Part shown: positions 16,203-50,435 of the stretch, one piece after another | How positions within the stretch are numbered: the stretch's first letter is position 1 | Layout of the letters: each line of letters opens with the position of its first letter | NCBI GenBank assembly: GCA_012295275.1 | Contig: CM022679.1 | Span: 22,692,001 to 22,756,000, forward strand | Length of the DNA stretch: 64,000 nt | Source: Chrysomallon squamiferum | Taxonomy: Eukaryota > Animalia > Mollusca | Direction of reading: 5' to 3' | Translations under genes and position numbers: made by a program | The notes under the pieces: model-generated | The model's database searches: none | The model's input: the letters and a program-made list of their open reading frames with translations, nothing else | What the model was told of the DNA's origin: nothing

Positions 16203-17763
16203 AATAAAAATACGTATAGCAGTTTCCCACCGTCATCTGAAGCGGTTCCATGATTAATGACGTCATCGTCCGAGTAGAAATAATTATAAAGACGAAATTA
16301 GTTTAATTACAAAGAAAAAGACATCGATCGACTTACATAGAGCAAACAAAGGTTTTGCAGTAAGAACGGTGACTTCGTTTATCATGAACCTTTTAGGTGG
16401 ATTTTTTAAATATTTTTATTTCGTTTTAAGCTGACAATTCTTACCATTGCAAAACATGTGCCAGAAACAACTCGTTAGCATATCTCGAGCATATTTGGAA
16501 AAAGACAATTTATCAAATGAAAATAAATACATTTAAAAAAAAAAGAAGAAGAAGAAGACGAAGAAGAAGAAGAAGAAGAAGAAAAAAAGAAAAGGAAGAA
16601 AAATGATCTAAGTCCTTTTGAACTATCAATACACGTTGATCAGTCCTTTGCCACTGGATGTCAATGATTGTGCAACTAATTAGATTTGTCATCGTGAAGC
16701 AATAGTTAATCACAATCAATCACTGCATCAAACTCAATTTTGTCAAAAATCAGTCTGTACCCTTTTGCAGCTGAGCTCTTCGTGTACTGTAAAAAAGAGG
16801 ACCAGCATGTAGTTTGTTTTTTATGCTTAATACTCATTATTAAAACGAATTCAAACGTCTTCAACTCTAACAGTAAAGGAAAAGAGAATAACGAAACTGA
16901 TTGGAATAGAACAATGTTAAATGACTTTCATTAAGCCACACAAAAGAACTTGACTCGTTATTGTAGCTGAATAAGAATAATGTTTGAATATCGATTAACT
17001 CTAGAAATGAAATTAACAGATTACAGAGTAAAAATAAAATTTTACAAACATTAGCGAGGGATGAAAAATCTATAAAACAGACAAAAACTAAATCATTTTA
17101 TTTCTTGTTCTTGATGCAGCATGATTTAATTCATTTGCTGCAGACTTTTCTTAAATTTTAATATATTTTTATTATTTTATTTTATTTTATTTGTTTATTT
17201 GTTTATATAATTATTTATTTTATTTTTGTTTTAACGTTATTTTATTTATTTATTTATTCATATTATTTTATTTTATTTTGTTTTCTTTTCCTTTCTTTCT
17301 TTCTTTCTTTTTGTTGTACATAATAGCAGTATTAACATATCCCATAATTATATATAAACAACATCTAATAATATTCAGTAAACCATATGAACTATAATTA
17401 AATATAAACCATATATGCCATTGTTATTCAAAAATTATAAACACCAAAATTATATAAACATTATCATTATATAAAAGATAAATATGTATACGTGTGTATA
17501 TATATTTTAAACCAATTTGACAAAAAAATATTAAAACTAATTTATTACTTCATTCGCTTTTTATTTACTATAACACATTTCAGTTCTATAACAACGTGGT
17601 GCCTTTAACTATAATACACATTGTTATTTCATGTTACAGAAAAGACGTAAATCTGCCAGGATTTCTGGGTGAGCTTTGAATGTCTGCCGTTCCAGAGGTG
17701 AAATAAGGTGGAGAAGAACAAGAATGGCTGTGACTATTTAGAAGAAGAGATAAACGTGTTCAC

Positions 17764-35572
<17,809 letters not shown>

Positions 35573-36492
35573 ACACAGTACAGTGAGTCCAGGACAGGCA
35601 GGCTAGAACCTCCAGTGGGTTGTGAGAATATCTCAGTCAGCCGAAATATCGATACATCATTTTCGCCATCATAAAATAGCATTTTCACACTAAACGATTT
35701 GAAGAAACAGATATCGTGCGGGAAGGACATTTTGAGCGAGTGACTGTTTTAAAGAGAAAATAATAAGATACTTGAAAGTCATTATCATTATCATCATAAA
35801 ACAGAGATATATATTGATTATTAAGATCTAATCACACTAGACAATCCAATTCAAAATTATACTGAACGATTTTGTCTGTAATAAAAGGCAGACTTCTAAC
35901 GATGCATTCATAATGTATATTATTTTTATGAACAAATAAGCTCATTAGTTCTTTTCTGTGATCCCTAATACCAGAGATATACAGAGTTTAAAACACTACA
36001 ACAAAACTACTGTATGTCTAGTTTAAACAGTTTTGTTTATATAATTAAAATTTAACGAAGCAAGTATTTAAGAACTTTAAAAAATGAGATTTGGTGTTGT
36101 TCTTGTTGGATGTGTATTCATTTATTTTTGAATCAAAGGGGTGACTACAGTGGGAAGAGAATGTTATAGGAAGGCTGGTTTGAAAATAAATGGACGAATA
36201 AATACTTGCATAAAGATAGTTCAACATAATTTAACACTAAAGAGTTACAAGCAGAGACATAACGTCACATACCACGGACTTCAGTTATGGGACACAGGAC
36301 AGAAAACAAAACAAAGCTATGTAAACTGGTTCTGTTTCTTTTTATAGAAGAGATGATAAAATGTAAACACATTCTCTAATTAAGACAACATTATCTTAGA
36401 TAATAGTTTGAAATTAAAGGTTATTTTTGTATCACAGTTCTATTAACATAAAATCTTTATTAACATTAAAATAAATTCTCTTTTTATTTTTA

Positions 36493-36525
<33 letters not shown>

Positions 36526-36873
36526 ATGTAGCGTGTTTGCAAACATAAATGTCGTTAGGAAACAAAAACCCAGAGCTTAACATTTATTTACGTGTATCAA
36601 AAGTGTTTTGTACAAGAAATTCAAGAATATAAACAAAACCGCAATCTGTTATTTTAATTATAATACTATAATTATATATGTAGAATAGGCTAGCCTCGAA
36701 ATGTTTTTTCTAGAAATACGAATACCGAAACAAAACAGAATAATGAAAGTGAATTTATACATAGGCTATTTATTATGTATTGTATAAGCGTAATATTCTG
36801 TTAATATTTGACCTAGTGTTTAACAATTAAATCCTGAAAACTAACTATCCATATTAATTAATTAATCAATAGA

Positions 36874-36946
<73 letters not shown>

Positions 36947-37782
36947 TAGTTAAACATCGAACAGGATACATTCCATTATTACTTAATAAAAATATATACT
37001 TTTTCTTACACAATTTTTTAATAGGCAAATATATCACTAGTATAAAATATTTTCTTTGGAATGGTTGATGAGATCAATATCAGAGGCTGTTCTTGGTTTT
37101 TCATTTGCTTCACTGTTTGTGAGTCTGCGCTTTTTGTGTATGTGTGCGTACAAAATCTAGCTAAATAAATATTACTAAATACAAAAAAAGAAATGTTTTT
37201 ATGTTGCAAGATTAAAAACAAGATCAAAACCGAAGTGGTACAAACAAAACAAAACAAAAAGAAGAAAAAGGCAAAAATAGTTTCAGTTTAAAGCTTAACC
37301 CCTAAATTCAGAAGGACTCATGAAACTATTAAAATGTTAAGAATATTTCAAATGTTATATTATATTCCATTTTGTTAACTGTTGTATTACTTTTGTTAGT
37401 AAGGATGTAAGGATTATAATTTAACTGTTTGTGAATGCTATTTGTAAGTAGAGAGTGTGTTAAAAATTCACGATTCCAGAATGTTATAGAAACTTTTATC
37501 TTTGTTCAGGCTGTTTGTAGGTAGGTCAGATATAAAGTCATGAAAATTTATTTTTCACTGCTTCAACTGTATATAAAGTAATAAACAATAAACACAACTA
37601 AAGGCGTTGCTTTATTTATTTATTTGTTATATATTATTTTTGTTTGTTTGATTGTTTGTTTGTTTGTTTGTTTGATTCTTTCTTTACTTGTTTATTAATT
37701 AGTATTACTAGTATTAGTAGTAGAAGTAGTAGTAGTAGCTGTTGTTGTTGTAGCTTTAAATTGTAATGGAGGCGGTTGTGGT

Positions 37783-37813
<31 letters not shown>

Positions 37814-38499
37814 TGTATTTCTCTGTACACCGTAGAATTTTTAATCAGTGTTTCAAAATGTTACAGAAAACATATTGCTGCACAAGAAAAGCCAGTAGGA
37901 CATTTATACTCTGGAAAAAATAATCCAAACATTTAACGATTTCAAAAATTTTGATGAATTTTGTACGAAACGCTGTAATCAAATTACCTACAGTGACTGA
38001 GTCCTCATTAATCGTTACTGTTATTAATTTATTTATTTTATTTTTTATTTATATCGTTGGATTAGTATAACCGAAAAATATATTGTTAAAACTGAGCGCG
38101 AGAGATAGACAGAGAGAGAGAGAGAGAGAGATAGAAATGTAGAAATGCAGTTGTCTTTTTAATCATTATTGTTTATCTCAGTTTATAGATTATCGGTTAA
38201 ACTTCTTTTAACATACTATACTGATTTAAAATACTTTGATTTTTCTTTTTCACTTTTTCTTCTCATCTGAGGGTCTACCTGTGATAACTGCGCACAAATA
38301 TCGAAAATATATTTTTGAATAAAATACCATAATGACCTTATAATTGTATTTGTTTGTAGCGTCTAGACTGTTACTGTAACGAAAGTAACAATAAAATAAT
38401 TAATGATTCTGATGTGTCCTGACATTCTCTCTTTAATCACGGTGTTATCTCATTGCAATATTGAAAAAAATAATAATAAATAAAAAAATAAATAAAAAA

Positions 38500-38553
<54 letters not shown>

Positions 38554-39577
38554 GTAAAGAGCTGCATATCCTCAATCTGTCAGGAATTTTTCTAATATAT
38601 ATTCTTAATAAATGACGTCAGTTGTCCATTTTTTCAAATTTGCAATTTTTATTCTCTTATTATATAGTTAGTGAAGATTAGTAGACAGTATTAAAATTAA
38701 ATAATAATATTAGATTATATGTGTAAAAAATATGCCATTTGTAAGTTTATATTAATAAAGTTAATTTTTCAGCTTTACCATAAAAAATAATCTACTGATG
38801 AAATTATTTCAGGACTCAATTGCATAAAGCAATATTTACGTCTGTTAATAAACAAAATCATTTTCTCTGTATTTAAAGAAAAGTTCTGGTTTTATCTTTA
38901 TCATATGTTTTTGTTTTATTTATTGTTTTATCTTTTTAATTTTAATTTTATTTTTAATTTTTTTTTTTATGTATTTATTTTTTGGTTTTGATATATTATT
39001 TATTTATTTATATATTTATTTATTTATTTATGATATTTGCTTATGAATTTATTAATTTACTTACTAACTTACTTACCTTTTTGTTTCTTTTGTTTCTTTT
39101 TTTGTTGTTGTTGTTGTTGTTGTGTTGTTGTTGTTTTCACTGAATACTATAGATTAAATTGAAAATAATCGATTGAATTCGTTATTAACTGGTTTATTCT
39201 GAAGACGTTTCTCTTTGATAATTATTGTCCAAAATTATATACAATAATAAAAAAAAAAAAAACATTTTAATATGATTAAACTTAAACAAAGAAATGAATT
39301 ATGATGAAGACAAATATAATGATAACAATGATAATGTATGTTACAGACTTTCCAACTGAAAATAAATATTAGTAAAATATAATCACTATATAGAGAGAAT
39401 ATATTATCATCATTATCATCATCAATATTATTATTAACATCATCATCATCATTATAATTAAATAAATAACAAGAATGAAAATGAAAATGATGACATTATA
39501 ACATTACTAACAAATCATATCATAATAGTAACAACAACAACACAGCAACAACAACAACAACAACAATAATAGTAATC

Positions 39578-39611
<34 letters not shown>

Positions 39612-40273
39612 CAACAATAACAACAATAACAACAACAGTTTTAATAATAACAAAAACACAAACTGACATGTGAAAAATTAGATTTTCTTTCAAAAAAAAC
39701 AAATGTCAAGTGAAAATTCGTTTTGGCATAGTGTTTCGCTTTCAAATGCCCGGAGAATCACCGAAAAAAAAGAACATAAATTCCCTTAAGCAGGTAATTG
39801 CATTTTCTAAACCTTTGGCTTCCCCCGAAAACAATATTGAATCCGCGGCCTCATATTTCCTGCTCTGGTGGCCATAATGGTGCTGTCAGCACGACGTTGG
39901 CAAAACGTCGTCCCCGGGTGAAAAACAAAGTATCGCAAACGCGATGGAAATTACAGCGTTTTCTACGGCTTTCTGACAGCTACGACGTCAGGAGAATACC
40001 TCAATTGGCATAATGATGCAGACCATAGACTGGCCATTCCCCTGGGGTGCCGAAGATTGGCACGTGAGGCGGCCGCGCGAGGTCCTGTTCGATACCGAGG
40101 CTCCCCCGGGAGACGGATTTCTATTAAATCTGCCTAAGTTGGTAAAACGAAACATCAGTTGTTATACAGGAAGCGTCGGTTTTCTCTCGCGCTGCTGCGA
40201 ATAAGGAAGATGTTTGATACTGGTAAGTACGGATGAATAATATGACGCGGTCGACGTCTTTGTGGTGGTAGAT

Positions 40274-40329
<56 letters not shown>

Positions 40330-43300
40330 CCACACACATACACACACCAGGCAAGAGATGGTGTGATGGGAATCGATACGAGGAAGAGTTTGTCGTAAAT
40401 ATTGGATATATATCGGTAAATGAGAAACTAATTGCTATGAGAAAACTGGTGTCTGTCCATAACGGAATCGCATCAGTGATTGTTCGATATCAACTTCGAC
40501 TTATAAACCGTACAGCGGCTTGGAATATAATCATTGTTTTATGTTGTGTTTTTTTTTTTATTATTATCTTTTTGATTATTATTAATTGTTGTTTATTTTG
40601 TTTGTAAATGTTATTATTTCTATGTTTGCTTTCGTTGTGTGCATTTGTATATTTGCGTGACAGAGAGAGAGAGAGAAAGACAAAGGGGGAATTTGGAGAT
40701 TAGAAAGAGAGAGATAGATAGAGAGAGAGAGAAGAAAGAAAGCAAGGAAAAGAAGAGACTGATAGAAAACGGATGTTTATCACTAAGCCCTGACAAAAGA
40801 GAACATCATTTAAAAGGTTTTATAGATTAAATTATTAAAATCACCTCATACGAAATAGAAAATATAGCAGATATGTGAGAATGAAAGAGAGTACATAGAG
40901 AAAACCATGGATTCATTCGGGTTTATGAAGTATTTAAAGAACCGAATGACACAAGAATGAAAGGACAGAAGAAATCCAGTATAAATGGGACAGTTAGCTC
41001 CAAAACATAAAGAGAATTAAAATATTTTTTATTTTTATTTTTTTATTTTGTTTTTTCTTTAGACTGAAATCTAATTATATATCGAATACAAATGAAATAC
41101 TTGCCTTAAGCAATAAAAATAATATTTTAAATATTTATCGTATTTTATTCAGTAGAAGTAACAGTTGTTGCTATGGTGGTTGTTGTTAAAGAAATGTTAG
41201 CAGCAGTAGTAGTATAATTACTGATTGTTACAAGTTTTATTGTTTCCTTGGGGTTTTGCTTGCTTTAGTTGTTGTTGGGTTTTTTGTTTGTTTTTGTTTT
41301 GTTTTTGTTTTGTTTTGTTTTTTTGTTATTGTTTTTGTTTATTTGTTGTTGCTATTTATTTTGGGGGGTTTTTTTTTTTTTTTTCTTCTTCTTTTGTTGT
41401 TGTTGCTTTTTGTTCGTTGGCTGATGGATTTGTTTTTGTTTTGTTGCTATTATTGCTTCTTTATTGTTTAGTTTGTTTTGGGTTGTTGGTTTTGCTTTAA
41501 AATCGTTTAATTTATTTCAGGTTTAATTTTGGTTTTAAATATATGTGTTTTTCACGCCTCTGTTGTTGCTTTCGCCACTTAGATCATTTTACCTCAGCAG
41601 TAGCGCCACCTTTCACACAGTGTGCTTCATTTATACGCGACCATTATCATCCGTAACAAAAACCATTTACTTTTTCACATCTTTAAAACCTCTTAAAATT
41701 TAAATACCATTCACCTTTTCGGCAGTTTGGCAACCCTTCTGTTACTCTATCCCATATTATGAACCGTGAAGTACCACAAAGATGACGGTCGTATTAACAC
41801 CCGACAGTCTGTTCACAATTACATACAATAGCACTGAAATGAAAGAGTTTCAGATTTTTTTTTTTTTTTTTTTAAGAATCAATGCGCACGCGCCATTGTT
41901 TCCGGAGAGTGGATCTAATTACCGGATAACGAGTTTTCTATTACACTGCACGTATGTTCCCTCTCGCCGGCACACTGCCATATGTCTAACAAGAAGCAAC
42001 TGCGCATGCGCCACTCTGACGTTAGTGTGAAAAGAGAAGGAAAAAAAAAAATGAAAGAAAGAAAACTCATTCGTTATCCATCACCTGTTACAAATCGGAG
42101 AAAAATAAAGGACAGTTTTCTTCTCTGTTGGAGTTCTTTTGATTACTTGTTTATTTTTCTTGTTTTTTAGCTTCAGTTAATTACGTTGCTCGTCTTTGTA
42201 GCTGTAGTAGTAACAGAAGTAGTTACAGTAACAGCATGAATGCCCGAATGAATGACCGAATGAATGAATATGTAATAAAAAACTGTTTTCTTGCAAGAAT
42301 AGCCTTCGTAACAGTAGTGTCTGTTTGATGTTATTACTGTTGTCGTTGTAGTTGCCGTTGTTGTTCGAGGGAAATGTGTGATATGTCCGGAATTGATCAA
42401 TATTAATGATGACTAGTCAAATATTTAAAATTAGTAAATAATTAAAATTAGTAATGCTATTGTGACAGTATGTACTGGAGATGTTGTTGTCCGTCACTAT
42501 TGGTAGCTGAAGTTCTCGTATCCATGGTGATTGTTCACTATAATTCTATGACACTAAATAATAATAGACATATTTCAGTACGGACAGTATCATGGAGGTA
42601 CAAGAGTCCATTGTGACTGTTAGTAATAGTGACTGTTTGTTAACTAAAATTCTTTATCGCCAAAATAATAATAGACATATTTCACTGTGTATAAATACGT
42701 ATTATCAATCCGTTTATTGTCAACTCTTCGTTTTTTATTTGCTGGTTTCTTCTTTTTGAGATATGTTCTACCTCCTCCTCTTCTCTCCCCCATCCCGCTT
42801 GTTCTTTTTTTCTCCTGAATATTCATCTTCTCTACAGTATAATGTCTAATATTGTCCAAGGGTGATGCGATAAAAATAATGTCGCATAACAAAAGCTAAC
42901 ATCTTGTTCGGATCCATGAAATGGCTGGTCCTAAATTAACTCTCAATACAAACGCTATTCGCTGTCGCGTGAAAACACGATCTGTCGACTTTCGTACAGT
43001 TTTCATTTTTTTTTTTTTTTTTTTTTTCCATTTTTATAAATAGGCACGAATATTCAGTCAGCCTGGCCCGGGATGGATAGAATTATTCCCGAAATATGAA
43101 TGGTGTCCCAATTGATTTGTGAAACTGACCCCATTGCTCGTTCCCTGCGAACAATAACTCGGCATTCTTCGGACAGATGGTCGTTGTTTGCCGCTGAAAG
43201 CCCGACGGAGACAGAGAGACCGGCAAAGAGCGGAACAATGGGTAAACTACATCCCATGCAAACGACAGTGTGTCGAGGGAAGCCGACTCCACGGGGAGGC

Positions 43301-44990
43301 AAGATTAATACAGCGGCAGCCTCTTTTGTTGCTTCTTTCGCGAGCATATGCTGTCACGGACGAACACAACGAGCCGCACGCGGTCGCAGTGTGGTTAACG
43401 TGAACGAGGGAGGAAATCACAACACGGCAGATTGTTCACGTTGTCGGCCATCTTTGTAATTCAATTTGGTTGTTATCGCGTAGTTAAGAACTCGGGGATT
43501 GAAAGACGTTTTGAAAACGGCAGTTGTCGTTAATATGTAATATGAATGTTTTTAACAGAAAAAAAAAAAAAAAAAAAAAGAAGGAAAGGTAATAAATTGT
43601 AAATGTCAGTGCTAATGTTCTGATATCAGTTTAAAAAAAAAAAAAATTGATAAAGCCAAAATAAAAAAAAATAATAATGGAAAAGGTTTTATATTTCAGG
43701 GGTATTGCACGATGTCGCAGTGGGAGGTTTTGTAACGTTTTTTACTTGTTGTTTTTCTTTTCTTCTTTTTTTACTACGCTTTTCTTTACTTTATAGGGTA
43801 AAGAGAGGTTGTTAATTATTTTTCAAGTGGTTAATATACTACATTAAAAACGGTACTACAATGATATTGGATAATGATCATAAACACCAAGCAAACAATG
43901 AGATATTTCAAATATAAAGTGCATAAAACATTATAGACTATCAATACATGTGTTAGTGTTGTGATAATTATATTATTATAACACCAGACAAGACATATTA
44001 TTAGTGGAAATGGTAGTAATATTAGTTGTAGTAGTAATAGTATCAGTGGTAGTTTCTGCTGTTTCGTAGTTTTGTGGATACCATTAGTAGGAGTATCGTT
44101 ATATTGTACTATTCATGGTAGTAGTCGTATCTCCGTAGCGACTACTGTTACTGTTACTACCTTTTACTGCTGCTGTTGCTGTTACTGTTGCTGCTGTTAC
44201 TTCTACAAGTATTTATTTATTTATTAACGAAAGAACGAACAAATAAACAAATAAAGTAACGACAAAAATTAACTGCTTTCTTCCTGACCTAAAAATATTC
44301 CCACACAGACCAGAAGAAGTCGCAAAAACAGACCTGGCGTAAGTGATAATAATCGATCTGAAATCAGCCAATCGGCGTAGCTCTTAGTGCGATTTGTTGG
44401 TGCGGCCCTCCAAGTTACGTCTGTCATTCATCGCCATGAATTGATTTCGTTCGCTAAGCCGCCGAAACCACATGACTCCCTGTTTATGAATGCAAATGAG
44501 GGCAAAAGAGAATCGAACAGCAAAGCGATTCCGTTTGATGTCCTGTATGATTAAGTACCTCATTCTTTAAAGCCCAGTCAAGATACTGTTACCCGCCATT
44601 TGGATTTTTCTCTCGCGGGGTGCACGCGACTGCGATAGCGGTCGATTTCATGTAGCACGTGGCTTTGTTTTCAGCGTAACGGTGAGTAATGTTAGAATAT
44701 TTTCTATTTATTTTCGTTTTATTTATTTATTTATTTTTTTATGTGTTTGTTTGTTTGTTTTTTATTTCATTTAAATTTTACATCCTTTTTTTTTTTTTTT
44801 TTAACGATAAAAAAGTATAAAATAATGTCTATATGCTTTGGTTTCATATAATAATAATAATAATAATTAATTAGTAAATAAATAATGTTTAAATGTTTGG
44901 TGCCATTTCATTCAAGAATATCAATATTATTTATATTTACCACTGTAAGCATGTTATGTGTTGCATTTGTGTGTGTGTGTGTGTATGAAG

Positions 44991-45063
<73 letters not shown>

Positions 45064-45773
45064 ACTGTAGATACTAATTATTTGAACTATTGCAGATATG
45101 CATATCTTATCTTATCAATGGCTGTCTATTAGTTTATTAAACTGAACACGAACATTGATTAGTTTCTAAAATGTGACATTCAATAAAATAAACGTTTTAG
45201 AATTTTTGGTATTATAATATTGCATGTTATAAATAAGTATGTAGCTTAATAAAATAAATATATCAGTATATTTATTTATTTATTTATTTATTTACTTAAC
45301 TATCATTTATTATTTGCATTTTTTTTTTTTTTTTTTTTTATTTTTTTTTTATTATTATTATTATTATTTTTTTTTTTATGTGTAGCCTGATCTTTGAAAA
45401 CGAAGTAAATATTTATATTTTCCATATTTATAAAAAGGAAGAGAACTGTTATTTATTTATTTGATATCATTTTATAAAAATAAAGTACAGGATTTAATGC
45501 AACAAATACTGGGTGGAGTTTCAATTATATCTGTTTTTATTTATATAAGCTCATAATGTCTTCAGATTTCTGTTTATATTTTGTTTTTGTTATAAAGATG
45601 ATGATGATATTTATATATTATTACACATTTATTTTAAATTTCTTCTAGGAAAGAGATAATTATTGATACTGTGATAATGTACAGTGTACATTTTTTTTTA
45701 TTATTTAGATTCTAATTCATCTGTTTAGAAAGCTTTTAACAAATATTCATTATCAGACAATTTATTAATAATG

Positions 45774-45828
<55 letters not shown>

Positions 45829-46224
45829 TTTCATTAACGAACTGCATATTTAACTAAACACATATCTTTATTAATTTATAATATTCTATTTGGTATCTTC
45901 CTTTTTCAAGCATAGAAACGTACATAAACATGCTAATATTATAAATCTTATTATTTTAAATTATTGTTTTTTACTCAGTTGTATTACATTATTTCGTTAT
46001 TTAGTCCTTATTTTTTTTTTTTTTTTACTCTTATGTTCTTTGTTGTTGTTGTTGTTTTAATTATTATTATTTAGTTATATATTTTTTTTTTTTTTTTTTT
46101 TATTTTTTTTTTTTTTATAATATATATATAAATATTATTTTTTTGTTCTCATTGCAACATCTTTCATTAAAATTTCAAAATACAGTTTTATCTACATACC
46201 GTTTTCTCACAGCTGTAATTTCTT

Positions 46225-46260
<36 letters not shown>

Positions 46261-48437
46261 GCTTTCAACTCTTTACCCCATTAAGTTAGAAAACTATACC
46301 AACTGGACAAAACTCACAATTAAAATTTTCTCTCTCATGCACGAAATACTCGTTCATTTGTCATTATTTTTACGACAACTTGGCAATATGTCTGCGGCAG
46401 ATAGCCGGCTTGAAATCGGCAACCTTCTTTTCGTCTGCGTCTCTTGTCGTCTGCTCGTGAATCATTCCCGAGAAGCGCGCGAACAGATGCTCATCCGCCG
46501 TTCTGTTATGCCTGTCCTTGTAGTTCTCGAATTAATCAGAATTTGTGTCACCTGGCGAAACAGAAAGCGCAGAAGATGTGTAAATGAATATCCCTGTGGT
46601 TACTAAGATTGATTTCAGAAAAGTACTCACGTCACGAGAATATATTCCACTCGGCTAACGTTCGTTTCGTTTCGTGAGGCCGAATGCAGGCAAATATTTA
46701 GATTATTTTTTTTATTTTTTATTTTTTATTTTTCTAAATAGTCGTACCGAAATATAAAAAAAAAAATACTGATAAATAAAATATATTCAGTTAGCACTTG
46801 AAAAGAAATTATTCAGAATAATGAAGTAAACATTAACAATAATAATAATAATAACAACAACAACAACGAACAGCAGTAATAACGAACAATTTTTTTCTTC
46901 TCAATCATCATCTTCTTCTTTGTCTCCATCCTCTGTTTTTTAGTAGTTGTTTTTTGTTTTGTTTTTCTCATTATGTTGTAGCAAATATTGAAGATCTTTA
47001 ATGATACATTCAGTTAAAATTTAGGGTAGTTTTATGTTTATATCCAGTCGGTCTTTACAGAAACGTCACTGGACTCTGTTACTAGGTTTTTTATCAGCTA
47101 TATCTTACAACTGTGAAAAAGGTGTGAATAATTTGGCTTTCAGTCTTAGATATTTTAATTTTAACAGATCAAAATATTTTGATAGTAGTGGTTTGTTGCC
47201 TGAGAAACATATTTAAAAGGGCTGTAAGTAACAAATCATTGTTATAAGTAATTCTTTTCTTTGCTTTTTTTTTTTTTTTCTTTCTTTCTTTCTTTTTTTT
47301 TTTTTATTATATATATATATATATTCTTTTTTTTTTTTATTTTTTTTAACTTTTTATACTGCTAACATTACTTTTTATTACTCTATAGTTGGTGTTATTA
47401 TTATAGCAAAAGAATAGAAATTAATATATAAAAAAATTATGCTGTAATACTAAAATACGTTACCTAGTAACTGACAATGGTAAACTAACGTAACATGTAT
47501 GAAATTAAAAGAGATATGAATCTTACGTTTTATATTTATATATAATGTGACACAGAAGAGATGAAATTCACTGTAGACACCAGGTGGGGAAAAAATGGTT
47601 GTAATCAGAGCAAGAGAAAAGAAATGTATAAAATACTATAGTAAGCCTAATTTATCTGTTTCGTTTCCCTTAAGGCACCCACGTGAAGGGTATGTAATTA
47701 CAAACAGACAAGTCATACGCGATCATCATGTAATTATCTTTAAAGAGCTCGGTGAATGTTTTAAGTATAAGATGGGTACAGACTCGAGTGTTTTCCACAG
47801 AACAATAAAAGCTATAACATTACGTATATCTTCAAAACACCCCCAACCGCGCTGATTGAAGAAATACAGAAAAAAAAAAAAAAACGTACCCAAAACAACC
47901 CCGAATTAACGTCTGTTTAGTCGAGATAAAAATCGGCTCGAACGCATCCTTCGGTTTAGTCCGAGGCTTAGACAAACAGACGTCGTCAACCTCTTCCCAT
48001 TGTTCGCATTCAGCATCCCTCTGTTGACACTTGTAAACCCGATACGGAGGATTATTTCTCTTTCAGCTACGAGCGCGAGGTACAAGGGGTTAATACCTAT
48101 TCACTGGTCTAATCCGCTCAGTTATTTGCAACATTTGCCGTTCATGATCTGACGCCTCTTCGTCTTATCCTTTTCACTGGTGTGGGTTTTTTCTTTTATT
48201 ATGGTTTTTACTGTTGTTGTTGTTGTTGTTGTTTGTTGTTGGGGTTTTTTTTTTTTTTTTTTTTTTTGATTTATTTGATTTATTTATTTATTTATTTATT
48301 TATTTATTTTTGTTATTTGTTTTTTTTTTGTTTTTTTTTTGTAGGGGTTTTCACCATATTTTTTTATCAGCCGATAGATAGAGTTTGTACATCAGTGTAG
48401 GAACTCTCTTAGGAAGTCTAAAAGGAAGTTAGTCTAA

Positions 48438-48476
<39 letters not shown>

Positions 48477-48992
48477 TAATAGTAGTAGTAGTAGTAGTAG
48501 TAGTAGAAGTAGTAGTCTTAGTATCAGTAATAGTGGTAATAATAATAGTAATTAATAATAGTAACAAAAATAATAATAGTAATAATAATTATAATAATAA
48601 CAGCAATTATAACAATAATAATAATGATGATTACGATGATATTATGACGAAGATAAAATAATGATATTGATTATATTGACACAGTTTTTTATGTTTACAT
48701 ATTTGACACTATTAATGTATTGATGTAAGGATGATAATGGATGTGAATCATTCTGTGTTCATCATACATTGTAAACTAAATTTACGTTAAATACTATTCT
48801 TCAGTTGTCATTATGTAGTATGTACATAACTACCTATCATCTGTTTTCTAATTCAATTTAATATTAGTTGTTTAGTAATGAAGTTTATTAAGCCAGACCC
48901 CGTATGAACCAGAGTTAACCTTGGTAACGAATTGGATAAACCTCGAACTTAACCTAATTCCACCAACGCCTTTAATTATAAAATTAAAAATT

Positions 48993-49046
48993 AATTATAA
49001 AATTGAATCTTAGACATACAGATACACATTTAATTATATAGAAACG

Positions 49047-49111
<65 letters not shown>

Positions 49112-50320
49112 GGATGGATGGATAGATGGATATACATAGCTAGATAGATAGCTAGATTGATAGATACACACATACATACATACAGTAGTTGGAATGAAAG
49201 GGATAGAGACATATTCTGACAGACAACCTACAGACAGAGAGGAAAAGATATGTAAATACATACAGATAGACAACAGTGTTTGTGTCTATTCTCGTCTCCG
49301 TACACACACACACAACACACACACACACTGTATTTGTCTATTAGTTCGTAGCCATCCATCCATCCATCCATCCATAAATCACTCGTGCGTTCTAAACGGG
49401 CACTTGAAAGTTTTCACAGCCACCAGACAGTAAAAACGCTTTACCCGCAGTTCTAACACAATATGCTTTCCAGTCACGCTAGAACCGTATTTTTAACCAC
49501 GCTCGTCTTTATTTCGAAAAGCGTCCACCGCCGGTTTTCCGGGCACGGTGTACATAAGCACTGCCTGATTGTCCATTAGTCGGCCCCAATTGGTTCGACC
49601 TATTGCAAGTGGATGAATTAGAAGGGCAGCCGAGTCCCATCGGCAGTTCTTTTAGCGATAGATCGTCCCTCCTTTGACGAACATATTGTCGTTACAGACG
49701 AGGCATCGCCATTAGATTGCCGTGTTGGAGTAAAATGAGATTACGCACTAATAACGGGGGCAGGCTTTGGACACTCGCCTCAGAACGATACTCTGTGGAA
49801 TTTGCTTTAATTCCAGGCTCGGAATCAATCATGAAGCTTCGTGCTTTAAGCAGAAGACGAGCACCCCTAATCAAGATTAAACTAGATTGGCAACTTTCGT
49901 CAGTGTTATTTCTTCTTCTTTTTTTTTTTTTTTTTTTTTTTTTTTTCTTCTTCTTCTTATTCTTCAGCTCCTTTGCTGTTTAAATTGTTTTTTCTTTTTT
50001 TTTTTTTCGTTTTGGAAGAAAAAAGAATATTAACATATTGGATTGGTTAGTTTTTCATTTCTTATTTTCATTATTTTTCTTTTTCTTCTTATTTTTTTAA
50101 TTTAATTTATTTTTTTGGTTCTTGTATTTATATATTTTTATTTTTATTTTATTTTATTTTTTTCAGGAGCTGTTAGATAGTTTTGTCTTTCATTAAAATA
50201 CTTAGTTTTTAAAATAAATTTTTTAGACATTTGCTTTTTAATGGGTACCGGTGGGAAGAAAAAATAGATTGATTATAAAATTGAATCTTAGACATACTGA
50301 TACACACATAATTATATAGA
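48993..50320 (+). repeat. ~50-bp direct repeat pair (~48993-49042 and ~50272-50320), each followed by GATA/GACA/GA microsatellites
   Basis: ATTATAAAATTGAATCTTAGACATAC.GATACACA..TAATTATATAGA occurs at both positions. Confidence 0.8.
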
Positions 50321-50342
50321 CAGCTATATAACTAGATAGATG

Positions 50343-50435
<93 letters not shown>

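Noticed and set aside
43054-43459. Several 70-120 aa ORFs in a GC-richer island
   Set aside because: No recognisable domain or splice-consistent links; treated as non-coding regulatory sequence.
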